A stretch of DNA of 64,000 nt from Bacteroidota bacterium (GTDB lineage: Bacteria; Bacteroidota; Bacteroidia; Palsa-965): positions 897 through 64,896 of the forward strand of contig JANOCU010000027.1 of assembly GCA_031412295.1 (NCBI GenBank), given 5' to 3'. This document shows, piece after piece, positions 8,363 to 17,095 of this stretch. Made by a program: the position numbers and the translations under genes. Within the stretch, counting starts at the first letter, position 1, and every line of letters starts with the position of its first letter. The notes beneath the pieces were generated by a model, which saw nothing but the letters and a program-made list of their open reading frames with translations, had not been told where the DNA came from and ran no database searches.

Positions 8363-11251
8363 ATGAAACGTTTTTTTACTCTTCTCCTTCTTGTAGCCGC
8401 AACATTAAATGTGATGGCACAAACACCGGCCAACTCCCGTCGCCCGCTTTGGGTTGGTTTAAATATGGGTGGAACCTGGCAGGCCAGTGATATGAAAGGT
8501 CTTGGCGGAATTGGCTGGGGCGTTACTTTATCACGTTATTCCAAGCTTGATAAAAACGGCCCGCTTTATTTCGGATGGCGTTTTCGTTTTCTTGATGGTC
8601 GTAATTACGGTTACAACTATCACCGCTTATATGGAATAGCTGCGAATCCTGTTCTGTCTGCAGGTGCTACAAATTATAACACTCCGAATAATGATGGTTA
8701 CGTTTTCAGTAACTATAAAATGCGTTTCGATGAATTTGCTTATGAAATAATTGTCGGCAGCCAGGGATTACGCAAGCATGGCGTATTGCTTTATGCTTTC
8801 GGCGGAATAGGAGCAACACATTGGAAGACCACCATTAATCAGCTGGATGAAAATGGTAGCAGGTATGATTATTCTACCGTCGACTTATCTGCCAATGGAA
8901 ATGATGATGTATTGCGTGGAAATTTACAGGACTTATGGGATGATGGTGATTATGAAACCATCGCACACGGAAGCAAGCCTTCAGGCAAATGGAGTGTTAT
9001 GCCAAGCGCAGGATTTGGTTTTGGTTACCAATGGTCGAATGCAGTTGCACTTGGTGTAGAGCATCGTACAACATGGGCGCTGAATGATTTGATCGACGGT
9101 GTAAATCATGATCACACAGGAGCAAAAACTCCGAACAACGATATTTATAATTACGACGGATTTTTTGTTCGCTGGACATTCGGCGGAAACGGAAACAGTA
9201 AATCAAATACAACTTATACGAATCCGCCTGCAAACCCGAATACATATACACCTTCGCCTACACCAACAAATACTGTTGTTGTAACTAATCCTCCGAACAA
9301 CAACCCGCCAAACAACAATCCTCCGAATAACAATCCGCCAAATAATAATCCGCCGAACAATCAGCCTGCAGGTTATCCACCGCAAGTTCGATTCACCACT
9401 CCTTCGGTTGAACCTTATACTGCGACTGTTGTAAACCAGCAATTGGTGGTTCGTGTTGATAATGTTACTTCATCAAACAATATCAGGTTGATGATCAATA
9501 ACCAATACAGCACAAACTTCACTTATAATCCTTCGAGCAATGTTATGGTGTTTTCACATACCCTTCAGAATGGTGTGAATACGTACCAGGTAACTGCTAC
9601 AAATCAATTCGGAAGCGCTTCGGATGTTCAGACTATTTATTACAATAATGTAGTAACTACGAACACTACACCAACTCCGTTACCTCCGCAGGTTACGATC
9701 ACAAATCCATCTGTGAATCCATATACATCGCCGACACAAACAACAAATGTTACTGCGACTGTATTAAATGTTACAGCGGTTTCAGGCGTGCAGGTTCGTC
9801 GTAACGGAAGTCCGATAACTAATTTTTCATTCGATCCGAATACACACCAGGTTACTTTTACTGCAAGTCTTCAAAACGGAAGCAACCTGTATGAAGTGAT
9901 CGGAACAAACAGTGTTGGAAGCGCATCTGATAATACAACCATCAATTACAACCCGGTTGCTACAATTCAACCGCCTGTTGTAACGATTACAAGTCCTTCT
10001 GCATGTCCGTTCTCTGTGAAGCTTGCTGCGTACACAGTAAAAGCAAAAGTGACCAATGTTACAATGCCGAGCCAGGTTACAGTTACATTCAACAACCAAC
10101 CTGTAACTGCATTCAATTTCGTAAACATGGGCGCATATGCAGAAGTAAGCTTCCCTGTTACATTAAATCCGGGTACAAATCCATTTACAATTACCGGAAC
10201 AAATGCAGGTGGAACAGATGCTGAATCTTGCTCTATCATTTTCAAAGTAACAACTACACCAACTGCATTGCCACCAACAGTTAATATCACTGTGCCATCT
10301 GCCAATCCTTTTAATACAACGATTGCAGTATGTGGTGTATCAGCGCAGGTGACTAACGTTACAATGTCGAACCAGATCACAGTTACAAAAGGAATGCAAT
10401 CAATTCCTTTCAATTACAATCCGGGAACGAACATTGTTACTTTCAGCGCTAACCTGATCTCCGGTGCGAATGTTTACACTGTGACTGCAACAAATGCTGT
10501 AGGAAGTGCAAGCGACAATACAACTATTATTTATGCGCTTACAACTCCAACAGTAGTAGTTACACGTCCTCCGAACGGTGATCCGAATACAACAGGCGAT
10601 CCTGTTGGCCCTCCCGGTGGTGGCAATCCACAAGATCCGAATCCAACACCAACAGATCCGAATCCTGCTGATCCTAACACAAATTCAAATCCTACAGGTC
10701 CACCGAATCAAAACAGCCAGGATCCGAATGCTCCGGCTGGTCCTGCGATCACCTTGCTCAATCCATCGTCACAGAATTCAAATGCGACTTCACAATCACA
10801 ATTGATTACAATGACAGTTACAGGAGCAAGCGCGATCAGTGAGTTTACAATACGTGTGAATAATGTGCTGGTGCCGAATGCAATTTACAATCCGACATCT
10901 CATTTGCTTTCTTTCTCTGCGAATCTTGTATCGGGAGTAAATTCAGTCGAGGTTAGTGTTCAGAATGCGAATGGATCAGCGAGCGCAACGTTATCAATCA
11001 ATTTTGCGCAAACGATCCGCACCGGAAATCCAAATACAGGAAAACCGCGCACAGCAACCAAGCCGACCACAACCAAACCATCGACAACCACAACAAAGCC
11101 TGCTGAGAAACCGGAAACAAAACCAGAAGTTAAATCGGAAACAAAACCGGAGACTTCTAAACCGCGAACAGCAACAACTACAACAACTACAACTACAACA
11201 ACTCCATCAACGACAACAACACCGTCAACCACAACATCTAAACCACGTTAA
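8363..11251 (+). CDS. 962-aa surface protein: signal peptide, N-terminal OMP-type beta-barrel ending in an aromatic terminal strand (FFVRWTF), (NPPNN)5 hinge, about 7 tandem Ig-like repeats of about 95 aa, Thr/Pro/Lys-rich tail
   Basis: Signal peptide MKRFFTLLLLVAATLNVMAQ. Alternating amphipathic strands with Gly/aromatic girdle residues. Repeats share TPS(V/A)NPY..V.A.V.NVT...(I/V)T.N...NF.F(N/D)P.TN.VTF...L..G.N.Y.V.ATN..GSASD. There is no T9SS CTD at the C-terminus. Confidence 0.7.
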   Translation: MKRFFTLLLLVAATLNVMAQTPANSRRPLWVGLNMGGTWQASDMKGLGGIGWGVTLSRYSKLDKNGPLYFGWRFRFLDGRNYGYNYHRLYGIAANPVLSAGATNYNTPNNDGYVFSNYKMRFDEFAYEIIVGSQGLRKHGVLLYAFGGIGATHWKTTINQLDENGSRYDYSTVDLSANGNDDVLRGNLQDLWDDGDYETIAHGSKPSGKWSVMPSAGFGFGYQWSNAVALGVEHRTTWALNDLIDGVNHDHTGAKTPNNDIYNYDGFFVRWTFGGNGNSKSNTTYTNPPANPNTYTPSPTPTNTVVVTNPPNNNPPNNNPPNNNPPNNNPPNNQPAGYPPQVRFTTPSVEPYTATVVNQQLVVRVDNVTSSNNIRLMINNQYSTNFTYNPSSNVMVFSHTLQNGVNTYQVTATNQFGSASDVQTIYYNNVVTTNTTPTPLPPQVTITNPSVNPYTSPTQTTNVTATVLNVTAVSGVQVRRNGSPITNFSFDPNTHQVTFTASLQNGSNLYEVIGTNSVGSASDNTTINYNPVATIQPPVVTITSPSACPFSVKLAAYTVKAKVTNVTMPSQVTVTFNNQPVTAFNFVNMGAYAEVSFPVTLNPGTNPFTITGTNAGGTDAESCSIIFKVTTTPTALPPTVNITVPSANPFNTTIAVCGVSAQVTNVTMSNQITVTKGMQSIPFNYNPGTNIVTFSANLISGANVYTVTATNAVGSASDNTTIIYALTTPTVVVTRPPNGDPNTTGDPVGPPGGGNPQDPNPTPTDPNPADPNTNSNPTGPPNQNSQDPNAPAGPAITLLNPSSQNSNATSQSQLITMTVTGASAISEFTIRVNNVLVPNAIYNPTSHLLSFSANLVSGVNSVEVSVQNANGSASATLSINFAQTIRTGNPNTGKPRTATKPTTTKPSTTTTKPAEKPETKPEVKSETKPETSKPRTATTTTTTTTTTPSTTTTPSTTTSKPR
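9290..9364 (+). repeat. Five imperfect in-frame 15-bp tandem repeats (CCNCCRAAYAAYAAY) encoding (PPNNN)5
   Basis: cctccgaacaacaac / ccgccaaacaacaat / cctccgaataacaat / ccgccaaataataat / ccgccgaacaatcag. Confidence 0.8.
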
Positions 11252-11274
11252 TACATCCCCAACTCCAATAGGCG

Positions 11275-11314
11275 AGGCGTCATGTTTTAAAGAACATGAC
11301 GCCTCTGTCGTTTA
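11275..11314 (+). terminator. Intrinsic terminator of the 8363..11251 gene (13-bp perfect stem GAGGCGTCATGTT/AACATGACGCCTC, loop ttaaag, then tgtcgttt)
   Basis: Perfect palindrome 24 nt after the stop codon, followed by a T-rich tract. Confidence 0.6.
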
Positions 11315-11694
11315 GCCAATTCAATAACATGAAAAGTTTTGCCCGGAACAACCGGCCGGGGTTTACTTACAGCGATGAATTGTCTGAATCGATATGCTTA
11401 ATAATCGCCTCTTGAAAATTCATCCGTAGGAATATTTGCCTGGATGATGAAGTAGGTAACAACTCCAAGAATAGCGATTGCGGTAATGCAGATAATGATT
11501 CGTAGTGTCATACTACGAATCTATTCCTTTTGCAGAAAAAGAAAATGCGATTTGAATAAGTGATTGTGAATGCTGAAAAACTGCCGAATTTTTAATGATC
11601 AGTGTTTGGAATGATCAACTGGCGAACATCCCATTTTCATGTGAGCAAAAAATGTTCAATGCCAAACTAACAATGCACAATGTTCAAGGAAAAA

Positions 11695-12447
11695 TTAACC
11701 CAGACCAAGCGCACGAAGCAGATCTTCTTTCTTGCGAACAGACACCGGCACATGTGCGTTATCATCCATCAACGCATAACCGCCATCCTGTTTGATAAAT
11801 TCTTTCAGATGCTCGAGGTTGATCAAATGCGAATGATGAATGCGAACAAATCCGCTTGGCTCTAAAAGATCTTCGTATTCTTTCAGAGTTTTTGTCACCA
11901 CGATTTGTTTTCCGCCTTTCAGAAAAAATGTGGTATAGTTTCTTTCTGATTCGCAGCGGATAATATCTGCGATGTTAATGACTTGAACCTTATCAGCGCT
12001 GTTGAGTGCGAGGCGTTTTATTGTGCCGGGTGCTGTCGGACGAAGATGTTCGGTAAGCAGCTTAATGTTTTCGCTGATGGATTGTTTCTTCCTTTCCTGC
12101 GTGAGTTTTTCCACCGCCGCAACTAATTCATCCGGATCAACGGGCTTGAGCAAATAATCGAGCGCAGAAAATTTGATCGCGCGGATTCCATAATTATCAT
12201 TGCCGGTGGTGAAAATTACTTTTGTTTCCGTTTCGCCTAATTGTTCCAGCAAACCGAATCCATTACCATCGCCAAGCTGAATGTCGAGGAAAACAACATC
12301 CGGTTTTAATTCGCGCAGCACTTTTAATCCTTCGGCCATGCTTCCGGCCTGAGCAAGTAAATGCACATCAGGGCACCAGCGTTTTAAATCGGCGGACAAA
12401 CTTTCGCGTGCTTCAGGAGAATCGTCAACTATTACGGCTTTTATCAT
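11695..12447 (-). CDS. LytTR-family two-component response regulator (REC + LytTR DNA-binding domain); no adjacent kinase
   Basis: REC motifs (IVDDSP...FLDIQLGDGNGF), C-terminal LytTR (IIRCESERNYTTFFL...IHHSHLINLEHL). Confidence 0.85.
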   Translation of the reverse strand: MIKAVIVDDSPEARESLSADLKRWCPDVHLLAQAGSMAEGLKVLRELKPDVVFLDIQLGDGNGFGLLEQLGETETKVIFTTGNDNYGIRAIKFSALDYLLKPVDPDELVAAVEKLTQERKKQSISENIKLLTEHLRPTAPGTIKRLALNSADKVQVINIADIIRCESERNYTTFFLKGGKQIVVTKTLKEYEDLLEPSGFVRIHHSHLINLEHLKEFIKQDGGYALMDDNAHVPVSVRKKEDLLRALGLG

Positions 12448-12451
12448 TTAG

Positions 12452-12487
12452 GGAACGAATTACGAATGGTACGAATATACGAAATCG
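12452..12487. repeat. (TACGAAT)n-type tandem heptamers abutting the response-regulator start codon
   Basis: gaacgaattacgaatggtacgaatatacgaaatcg. A related array lies at 15151..15183. Confidence 0.5.
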
Positions 12488-12547
12488 ATGTTTTATTCTT
12501 TGTGCCTTCGTGCCTTTGTGGCAAAACAAGCGCGTTGGATTTGTGCG

Positions 12548-13579
12548 TTATTTAATGATGATCCTTGCGTCATTTCGCTTTACTAATTTACCAAAAGATT
12601 CGAGCTTTAATCCTGCAGAATTTGCGACCATCCTGAAATCAGTTTCCCAGCCATTCGCAACGGCAACTAATAATCCGCCGCTCGTTTGTGGATCACAAAG
12701 TATGCCGAGACTTTCTACTTCTATTCCTTCAATTCCTTTGTAATAGCCGCTCCAGTTTCGGGTTGTTGCACCAGGCATGCAATTATCGTCGATCAGTTTT
12801 TTTAACCCTGGTAAAACCGGAATTTTATCGAAATAAATTTCAGCCGAGAGATTACTGCCATCAATCATTTCACCTAAATGTCCGAGCAATCCGAAGCCTG
12901 TTACATCGGTCATCGCTTTTACATAATGAAGCGCACCAAAAGTTTCTCCTGATTTATTTAATTGCAGCATTGTATCTATTGCAAGCTGCATTTCTTCTTT
13001 CGGAATTTTTCCAAGCTTCCATGCAGTGGAAAGCAATCCAACGCCAAGCGGCTTTGTGAGAAATAGAGAACAACCTTCTGTTGCTGAAGAATTTTTTTTC
13101 AGGTTTTTTATTTCTACTTCACCAGTTACTGCAAGACCGAAGATTGGTTCTGCATTATCAATTGTATGTCCGCCTGCAAGAATAATTCCAGCCTCCGCAC
13201 AAACCGCCCGCGCACCTTCAAGCACGCGCGCTGCAACTTCTGCCGGAATTTTATCCACCGGCCACGCAAGAATTGCAATCGCGAGCAAAGGTTTTCCGCC
13301 CATTGCATACACATCGCTGATTGCATTCACAGAAGCAATTCGCCCGAAATCATAAGCATCATCAACAATCGGCATAAAAAAATCTGTGGTGCTGATGATC
13401 GCTCTTCCGTCTCCAATATCGTAAACAGCAGCATCATCTTTTTTATCGTGGCCAACTAAAAGTCGCGGATCATTCGCAGCCGGGATAGAAGTTTTTAAAA
13501 TAGCATCCAATACTGCAGGAGCAATTTTACAACCGCAACCGGCGCCGTGACTGAACTTAGTGAGAAGAACTTCTTCCAT
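12548..13579 (-). CDS. selD: Selenide, water dikinase (selenophosphate synthetase), Cys-type
   Basis: N-terminal HGAGCGCKI motif and strong overall similarity to SelD (DDAAVYD, STTDFFMPIVDD, GGHT). Cys rather than Sec at the active-site position. Confidence 0.9.
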   Translation of the reverse strand: MEEVLLTKFSHGAGCGCKIAPAVLDAILKTSIPAANDPRLLVGHDKKDDAAVYDIGDGRAIISTTDFFMPIVDDAYDFGRIASVNAISDVYAMGGKPLLAIAILAWPVDKIPAEVAARVLEGARAVCAEAGIILAGGHTIDNAEPIFGLAVTGEVEIKNLKKNSSATEGCSLFLTKPLGVGLLSTAWKLGKIPKEEMQLAIDTMLQLNKSGETFGALHYVKAMTDVTGFGLLGHLGEMIDGSNLSAEIYFDKIPVLPGLKKLIDDNCMPGATTRNWSGYYKGIEGIEVESLGILCDPQTSGGLLVAVANGWETDFRMVANSAGLKLESFGKLVKRNDARIIIK

Positions 13580-13587
13580 AAAAAGGA

Positions 13588-13701
13588 TTTAATAATCTGG
13601 TAATCTCGTAACTTGGAAATTAAAAAAGGAAATGAAAATAAGATAATAAATTGTCTGGCGAGTGAGCAATTACCCAGTTACGAGATTACCAGATTATTAA
13701 A
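13588..13701. repeat. Dispersed palindromic element, copy 1: 25-bp perfect inverted arms TTAATAATCTGGTAATCTCGTAACT / AGTTACGAGATTACCAGATTATTAA around a roughly 50-nt A-rich loop, in the selU-selD intergenic region
   Basis: Arms made of CTGGTAAT/TTACCAGA octamer units. The same arm sequence recurs at 29573..29782. Confidence 0.7.
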
Positions 13702-13707
13702 TCACTC

Positions 13708-14802
13708 TCAAGGCAATTTCGGATTTTTCAATTTTTCCAATATCAAATCCGCATTCGTTTCAGGATCGCCGGTTTCGCATTCGATGAATTTTACTCCTTC
13801 GTATTTTCTTGTACTTTGTGGGAAGTCGTAAGCTTTATCGTAATAATGTAGCGTGATTCTTACTACTTCCGCAAGATCACCATTTTCTAAGGATTCAATC
13901 GCTTGTTTTGTAGCTAATCCGCCGAGACGTTTTTGAATTCTTAAAACAGCTTCCGCTAAAATTTCTTTCGGAAAATTTCCATAATCTTTTACCAATCGAT
14001 GAACCCGCACTTCGAAGGGGATTTGCACCCGATAACACGGTGCTGCGATTTTCATTTCCCAGATTGGTCGCGGAATAAAAACACGGCCGATGCTGCGCGA
14101 TTCATCTTCAATCCAAACTCTTCGCGACGGATCAATTTTTTGTAATGCTTCGAAAAGATCATTTTCAAATTGTTCCGGCTTTGGTTGTTCCGTTTGCCCG
14201 ATTGATCCGAAAGACGAACCACGGTGATGCGCCAATTCTTCCAGGTCAATAACCTGCTCGCCATTTTTCGCCAGCGCCTGGAGAATTTCGGTTTTTCCTG
14301 AACCGGTTTCCCCGCCAACGACATGAAAATCGTAGTTGAAGGCAAAACTTTCCAAAACATGGTTCCGGAACGACTTATAACCGCCTTTCAGGACGCCGGT
14401 TTTTAATCCGGAGGTCTCAAAAAGCCATGCCATGGAGCCACTTCGCATGCCGCCGCGCCAGCAATGGACTAAAATTTGACCATCCCGCGAAGTTTTTTTA
14501 GCCTGCCGGACAAATTCTGCCATTTTTGGTCCGACAAATTCCAATCCGCGTAAAACCGCCAATTCCTTGCCCGATTGTTTGTAGATCGTGCCTACTTCAG
14601 CGCGTTCTTCATTGGTAAAAAGGGGCATATTGATGGCCCCGGGAATATGCCCGGAAAGGAATTCGCCGGGTGATCGCACGTCCAAAACAGGCACTTTTTG
14701 TGCGGTTTCCAGGAATTTCGATATGGATAATGATTCAGGCAATCTATTTTTGGGAGTTGATTTAAAGAAAAACACTATATTTGCAGCCTCAAAAATAAAC
14801 AA
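13708..14802 (-). CDS. selU: tRNA 2-selenouridine synthase (rhodanese domain + P-loop)
   Basis: Rhodanese active-site region (ILVHCWRGGMRSGS), Walker A GGETGSGKTE, collinear similarity to E. coli YbbB/MnmH. The listed ATG at 14802 is only 7 nt from the divergent rpsT start, so the true start is probably internal, for example the TTG at 14742. Confidence 0.85.
   Translation of the reverse strand: MFIFEAANIVFFFKSTPKNRLPESLSISKFLETAQKVPVLDVRSPGEFLSGHIPGAINMPLFTNEERAEVGTIYKQSGKELAVLRGLEFVGPKMAEFVRQAKKTSRDGQILVHCWRGGMRSGSMAWLFETSGLKTGVLKGGYKSFRNHVLESFAFNYDFHVVGGETGSGKTEILQALAKNGEQVIDLEELAHHRGSSFGSIGQTEQPKPEQFENDLFEALQKIDPSRRVWIEDESRSIGRVFIPRPIWEMKIAAPCYRVQIPFEVRVHRLVKDYGNFPKEILAEAVLRIQKRLGGLATKQAIESLENGDLAEVVRITLHYYDKAYDFPQSTRKYEGVKFIECETGDPETNADLILEKLKNPKLP
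14749..14783 (+). promoter_or_regulatory. Candidate rpsT promoter: -33 TTTG (14749..14752), 23 nt, -7 TATATTTG (14776..14783)
   Basis: Matches the Bacteroidota sigma-A TTTG/TAnnTTTG consensus. Start codon is 27 nt downstream. Confidence 0.4.
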
Positions 14803-14809
14803 TACCGAG

Positions 14810-15070
14810 ATGGCAAATCATAAATCTTCCCTGAAACGTATCCGTTCTAACGATGCTAAACGTGTCGTAAACCGTTACCAGGCGAAATCAACCCGCACAG
14901 TGCTGAAAAAGCTTCGCGAGGAAAAAGACCAAAAAGTAGCAGCGACAGCTCTTCCGAAAGTTATTTCTATGCTTGATAAACTTGCAAAGAAAAACGTCAT
15001 TCACAAGAACAAAGCTTCGAACATCAAATCAAAGCTCACAAAGCACGTTGCCAAATTGGCAAAAGCTTAG
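14810..15070 (+). CDS. rpsT: 30S ribosomal protein S20
   Basis: 86 aa, MANHKSSLKRIRSNDAKRVVNRYQAKSTRTVLKKLREEKD...NVIHKNKASNIKSKLTKHVAKLAKA, classical S20. It is the internal ATG at 14810 of the listed 14588..15070 ORF. Confidence 0.9.
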   Translation: MANHKSSLKRIRSNDAKRVVNRYQAKSTRTVLKKLREEKDQKVAATALPKVISMLDKLAKKNVIHKNKASNIKSKLTKHVAKLAKA

Positions 15071-15097
15071 TAGCTTAGACTTACCAACTTTACTATT

Positions 15098-15135
15098 CAG
15101 CACTGCTTTCTATAAGGCAGTGCTTTTTTTGTTTT
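15098..15135 (+). terminator. Intrinsic terminator after rpsT (CAGCACTGC-loop-GCAGTGCT followed by TTTTTTTGTTTT)
   Basis: 8-bp GC-rich stem with a 10-nt loop and a T7 run. Confidence 0.75.
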
Positions 15136-15150
15136 AACCTGTCTTAAAAG

Positions 15151-15183
15151 ATGTACGAATTACGAATTACGATGTACGATTTG
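15151..15183. repeat. (TACGAAT)n / TACGATG heptamer array in the radC upstream region
   Basis: atgtacgaattacgaattacgatgtacgatttg. Confidence 0.5.
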
Positions 15184-15282
15184 AAAAAAGTATAATTATC
15201 ACTAATCACCAATCATTTAATTACCTATTACCACCTTCTGATTTTCCTTTCCTTTTTTCCCAATTTCTAATTCCTAAACCAT

Positions 15283-15981
15283 ATGTACGCTCCGGTAAAA
15301 CTATCTATCAAAGCATGGGCCGACGATGATCGCCCGAGAGAAAAACTAATCCTGAAAGGTCGCAGCTCTTTGTCCGACGCGGAGCTTATTGCCATCCTGA
15401 TCAGTTCGGGGAGCAGGAATGAATCTGCTGTGGATCTTGCCAAACGTATGCTGCAATCGGCGGATAATAATCTTGAGAAATTTTCGCGGATGACGGTGGC
15501 AGAGTTGAAAATTTTTTCAGGGATGGGTGAAGCAAAAGCATTGAGCATTATCGCAGCACTTGAATTGGGAAGAAGACGAAATTCAAGTGTAGTGGATAGT
15601 GATTCTATGAAAATCACTGCAAGCTCAGATGCATACCGGATTATCCGTCCTGAGCTGGAGGATCTGCAGCATGAAGAGTTTTTTATAATGCTGCTTAACC
15701 GCTCAAACGTAGTTACTAAAAAAGAACAGGTGAGTCGGGGAGGAATGAATTCGACCATCGTCGACCCGAAAATCGTTTTTAAGATCGCGGTAAGCAATGG
15801 AGCAAGCGGAATAATATTGGCGCATAATCATCCTTCAGGAGCTGTAAAACCCAGCGAGCAGGATATTCGCCTTACGAAAAAGCTGAAAGAAGGCGCCGAC
15901 GTGCTCGATATCGCTTTATTGGACCATATTATCGTGGGAGCGAATACATACTTTAGCTTTGCAGACGAAGGATTGGTTTGA
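15283..15981 (+). CDS. radC: RadC-family JAB/MPN-domain protein
   Basis: JAMM motif region ILAHNHPSGAVKPSEQDIRLTKKL and an N-terminal helix-hairpin-helix-like segment. Confidence 0.85.
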   Translation: MYAPVKLSIKAWADDDRPREKLILKGRSSLSDAELIAILISSGSRNESAVDLAKRMLQSADNNLEKFSRMTVAELKIFSGMGEAKALSIIAALELGRRRNSSVVDSDSMKITASSDAYRIIRPELEDLQHEEFFIMLLNRSNVVTKKEQVSRGGMNSTIVDPKIVFKIAVSNGASGIILAHNHPSGAVKPSEQDIRLTKKLKEGADVLDIALLDHIIVGANTYFSFADEGLV

Positions 15982-15994
15982 TTCTTTTTGATTT

Positions 15995-17095
15995 ATGCTT
16001 CATATTCTGACTGTCGTAGGTGCCCGTCCACAAATCATTAAAGCAGCCGCTTTGAGCCGGGCAATTCGTGCGCATTTTTCGGGGCAGATTAAAGAAACAA
16101 TCGTTCATACCGGCCAGCATTACGATGCTAATATGTCGCAGGTGTTTTTTGATGAGCTGCAAATTCCATTACCTGATTATAATCTCGGCATCGGTCCGCA
16201 GGAAAGGGAATTGCAAATACAAAAAATGGTACTCGCGCTGGAAGAATTAATGCTGAAGATAAAACCGGGCGCGATCCTGCTGTATGGTGATACAAATTCT
16301 ACCAAAGCAGGGGCGGAGGCGGGAAAAAAATTAAATATTCCTGTAGTGCATATCGAGGCAGGAATGCGTTCGTTCAACAAAAGTATGCCCGAAGAGCTGA
16401 ACCGTATTTATTGCGATGAAGTTTCTACGCTTTTATTTTCGCCGACAAAAACCGGTGTTGAAAATATGCGGAAGGAGAACATTACAAAAGGCGTTTATCA
16501 TTGCGGAGATGTGATGTATGATAACAGCTTATATTTTGCCGAAGCGGGCGAAAAACAATCCGGCGTAAATTCTTTGCCTGCGAATTATTTTCTTGCCACC
16601 ATTCACCGCGATTTTAATACAGATAATTTAAAACGCCTGGATGATATTTTTGAATCAATTGAAAAAGTTGCAGCCGAACATAACACGCTCGTAATACTTC
16701 CGCTTCATCCAAGGACAAAAAAGCAAATTTCTCTTCTTCCGGAATTGGAAAATAAAATTTACGCTTCAAAAAATATCAGAATAATTCCGCCTGCATCTTT
16801 TCTTGAAATGATCGTGCTTGAAAAAAATGCAAGGCTTGTGCTGACAGATTCCGGCGGCGTTCAGAAAGAAGCATTTTATTTTAAGAAACCCTGCGTGATC
16901 CTTCGCCCGGAGACAGAATGGGTGGAATTGGTTGAATGTGGCGCTGCAATTCTCGCTGATGTTGATCCCGGTAAAATACTGGAAGCTGTGCGAACGTTAT
17001 TGCAAAGAAATATCAGCTATCCGGCAATTTTCGGTGATGGACATGCTGCGGAATTTATTTGTTCGAAAATGATTAGCGATCTTGCGCACGAATGA
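15995..17095 (+). CDS. wecB: UDP-N-acetylglucosamine 2-epimerase (non-hydrolysing)
   Basis: MLHILTVVGARPQIIKAAAL...VHTGQHYD...; Epimerase_2 family throughout. Confidence 0.85.
   Translation: MLHILTVVGARPQIIKAAALSRAIRAHFSGQIKETIVHTGQHYDANMSQVFFDELQIPLPDYNLGIGPQERELQIQKMVLALEELMLKIKPGAILLYGDTNSTKAGAEAGKKLNIPVVHIEAGMRSFNKSMPEELNRIYCDEVSTLLFSPTKTGVENMRKENITKGVYHCGDVMYDNSLYFAEAGEKQSGVNSLPANYFLATIHRDFNTDNLKRLDDIFESIEKVAAEHNTLVILPLHPRTKKQISLLPELENKIYASKNIRIIPPASFLEMIVLEKNARLVLTDSGGVQKEAFYFKKPCVILRPETEWVELVECGAAILADVDPGKILEAVRTLLQRNISYPAIFGDGHAAEFICSKMISDLAHE

Noticed and set aside
10956-11315. Overlapping ORFs (119 aa on +, 90 aa on -) rich in Q/R or V/G
   Set aside because: They are alternative-frame readings of the poly-Thr/Pro/Lys-coding ACAACN repeats at the 3' end of the 8363..11251 gene and are not independent genes.
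12222-12743. 173-aa plus-strand ORF spanning the response-regulator start, the intergenic region and the selD 3' end
   Set aside because: It is antisense to two well-supported genes and the TACGAAT array. No motifs were found.
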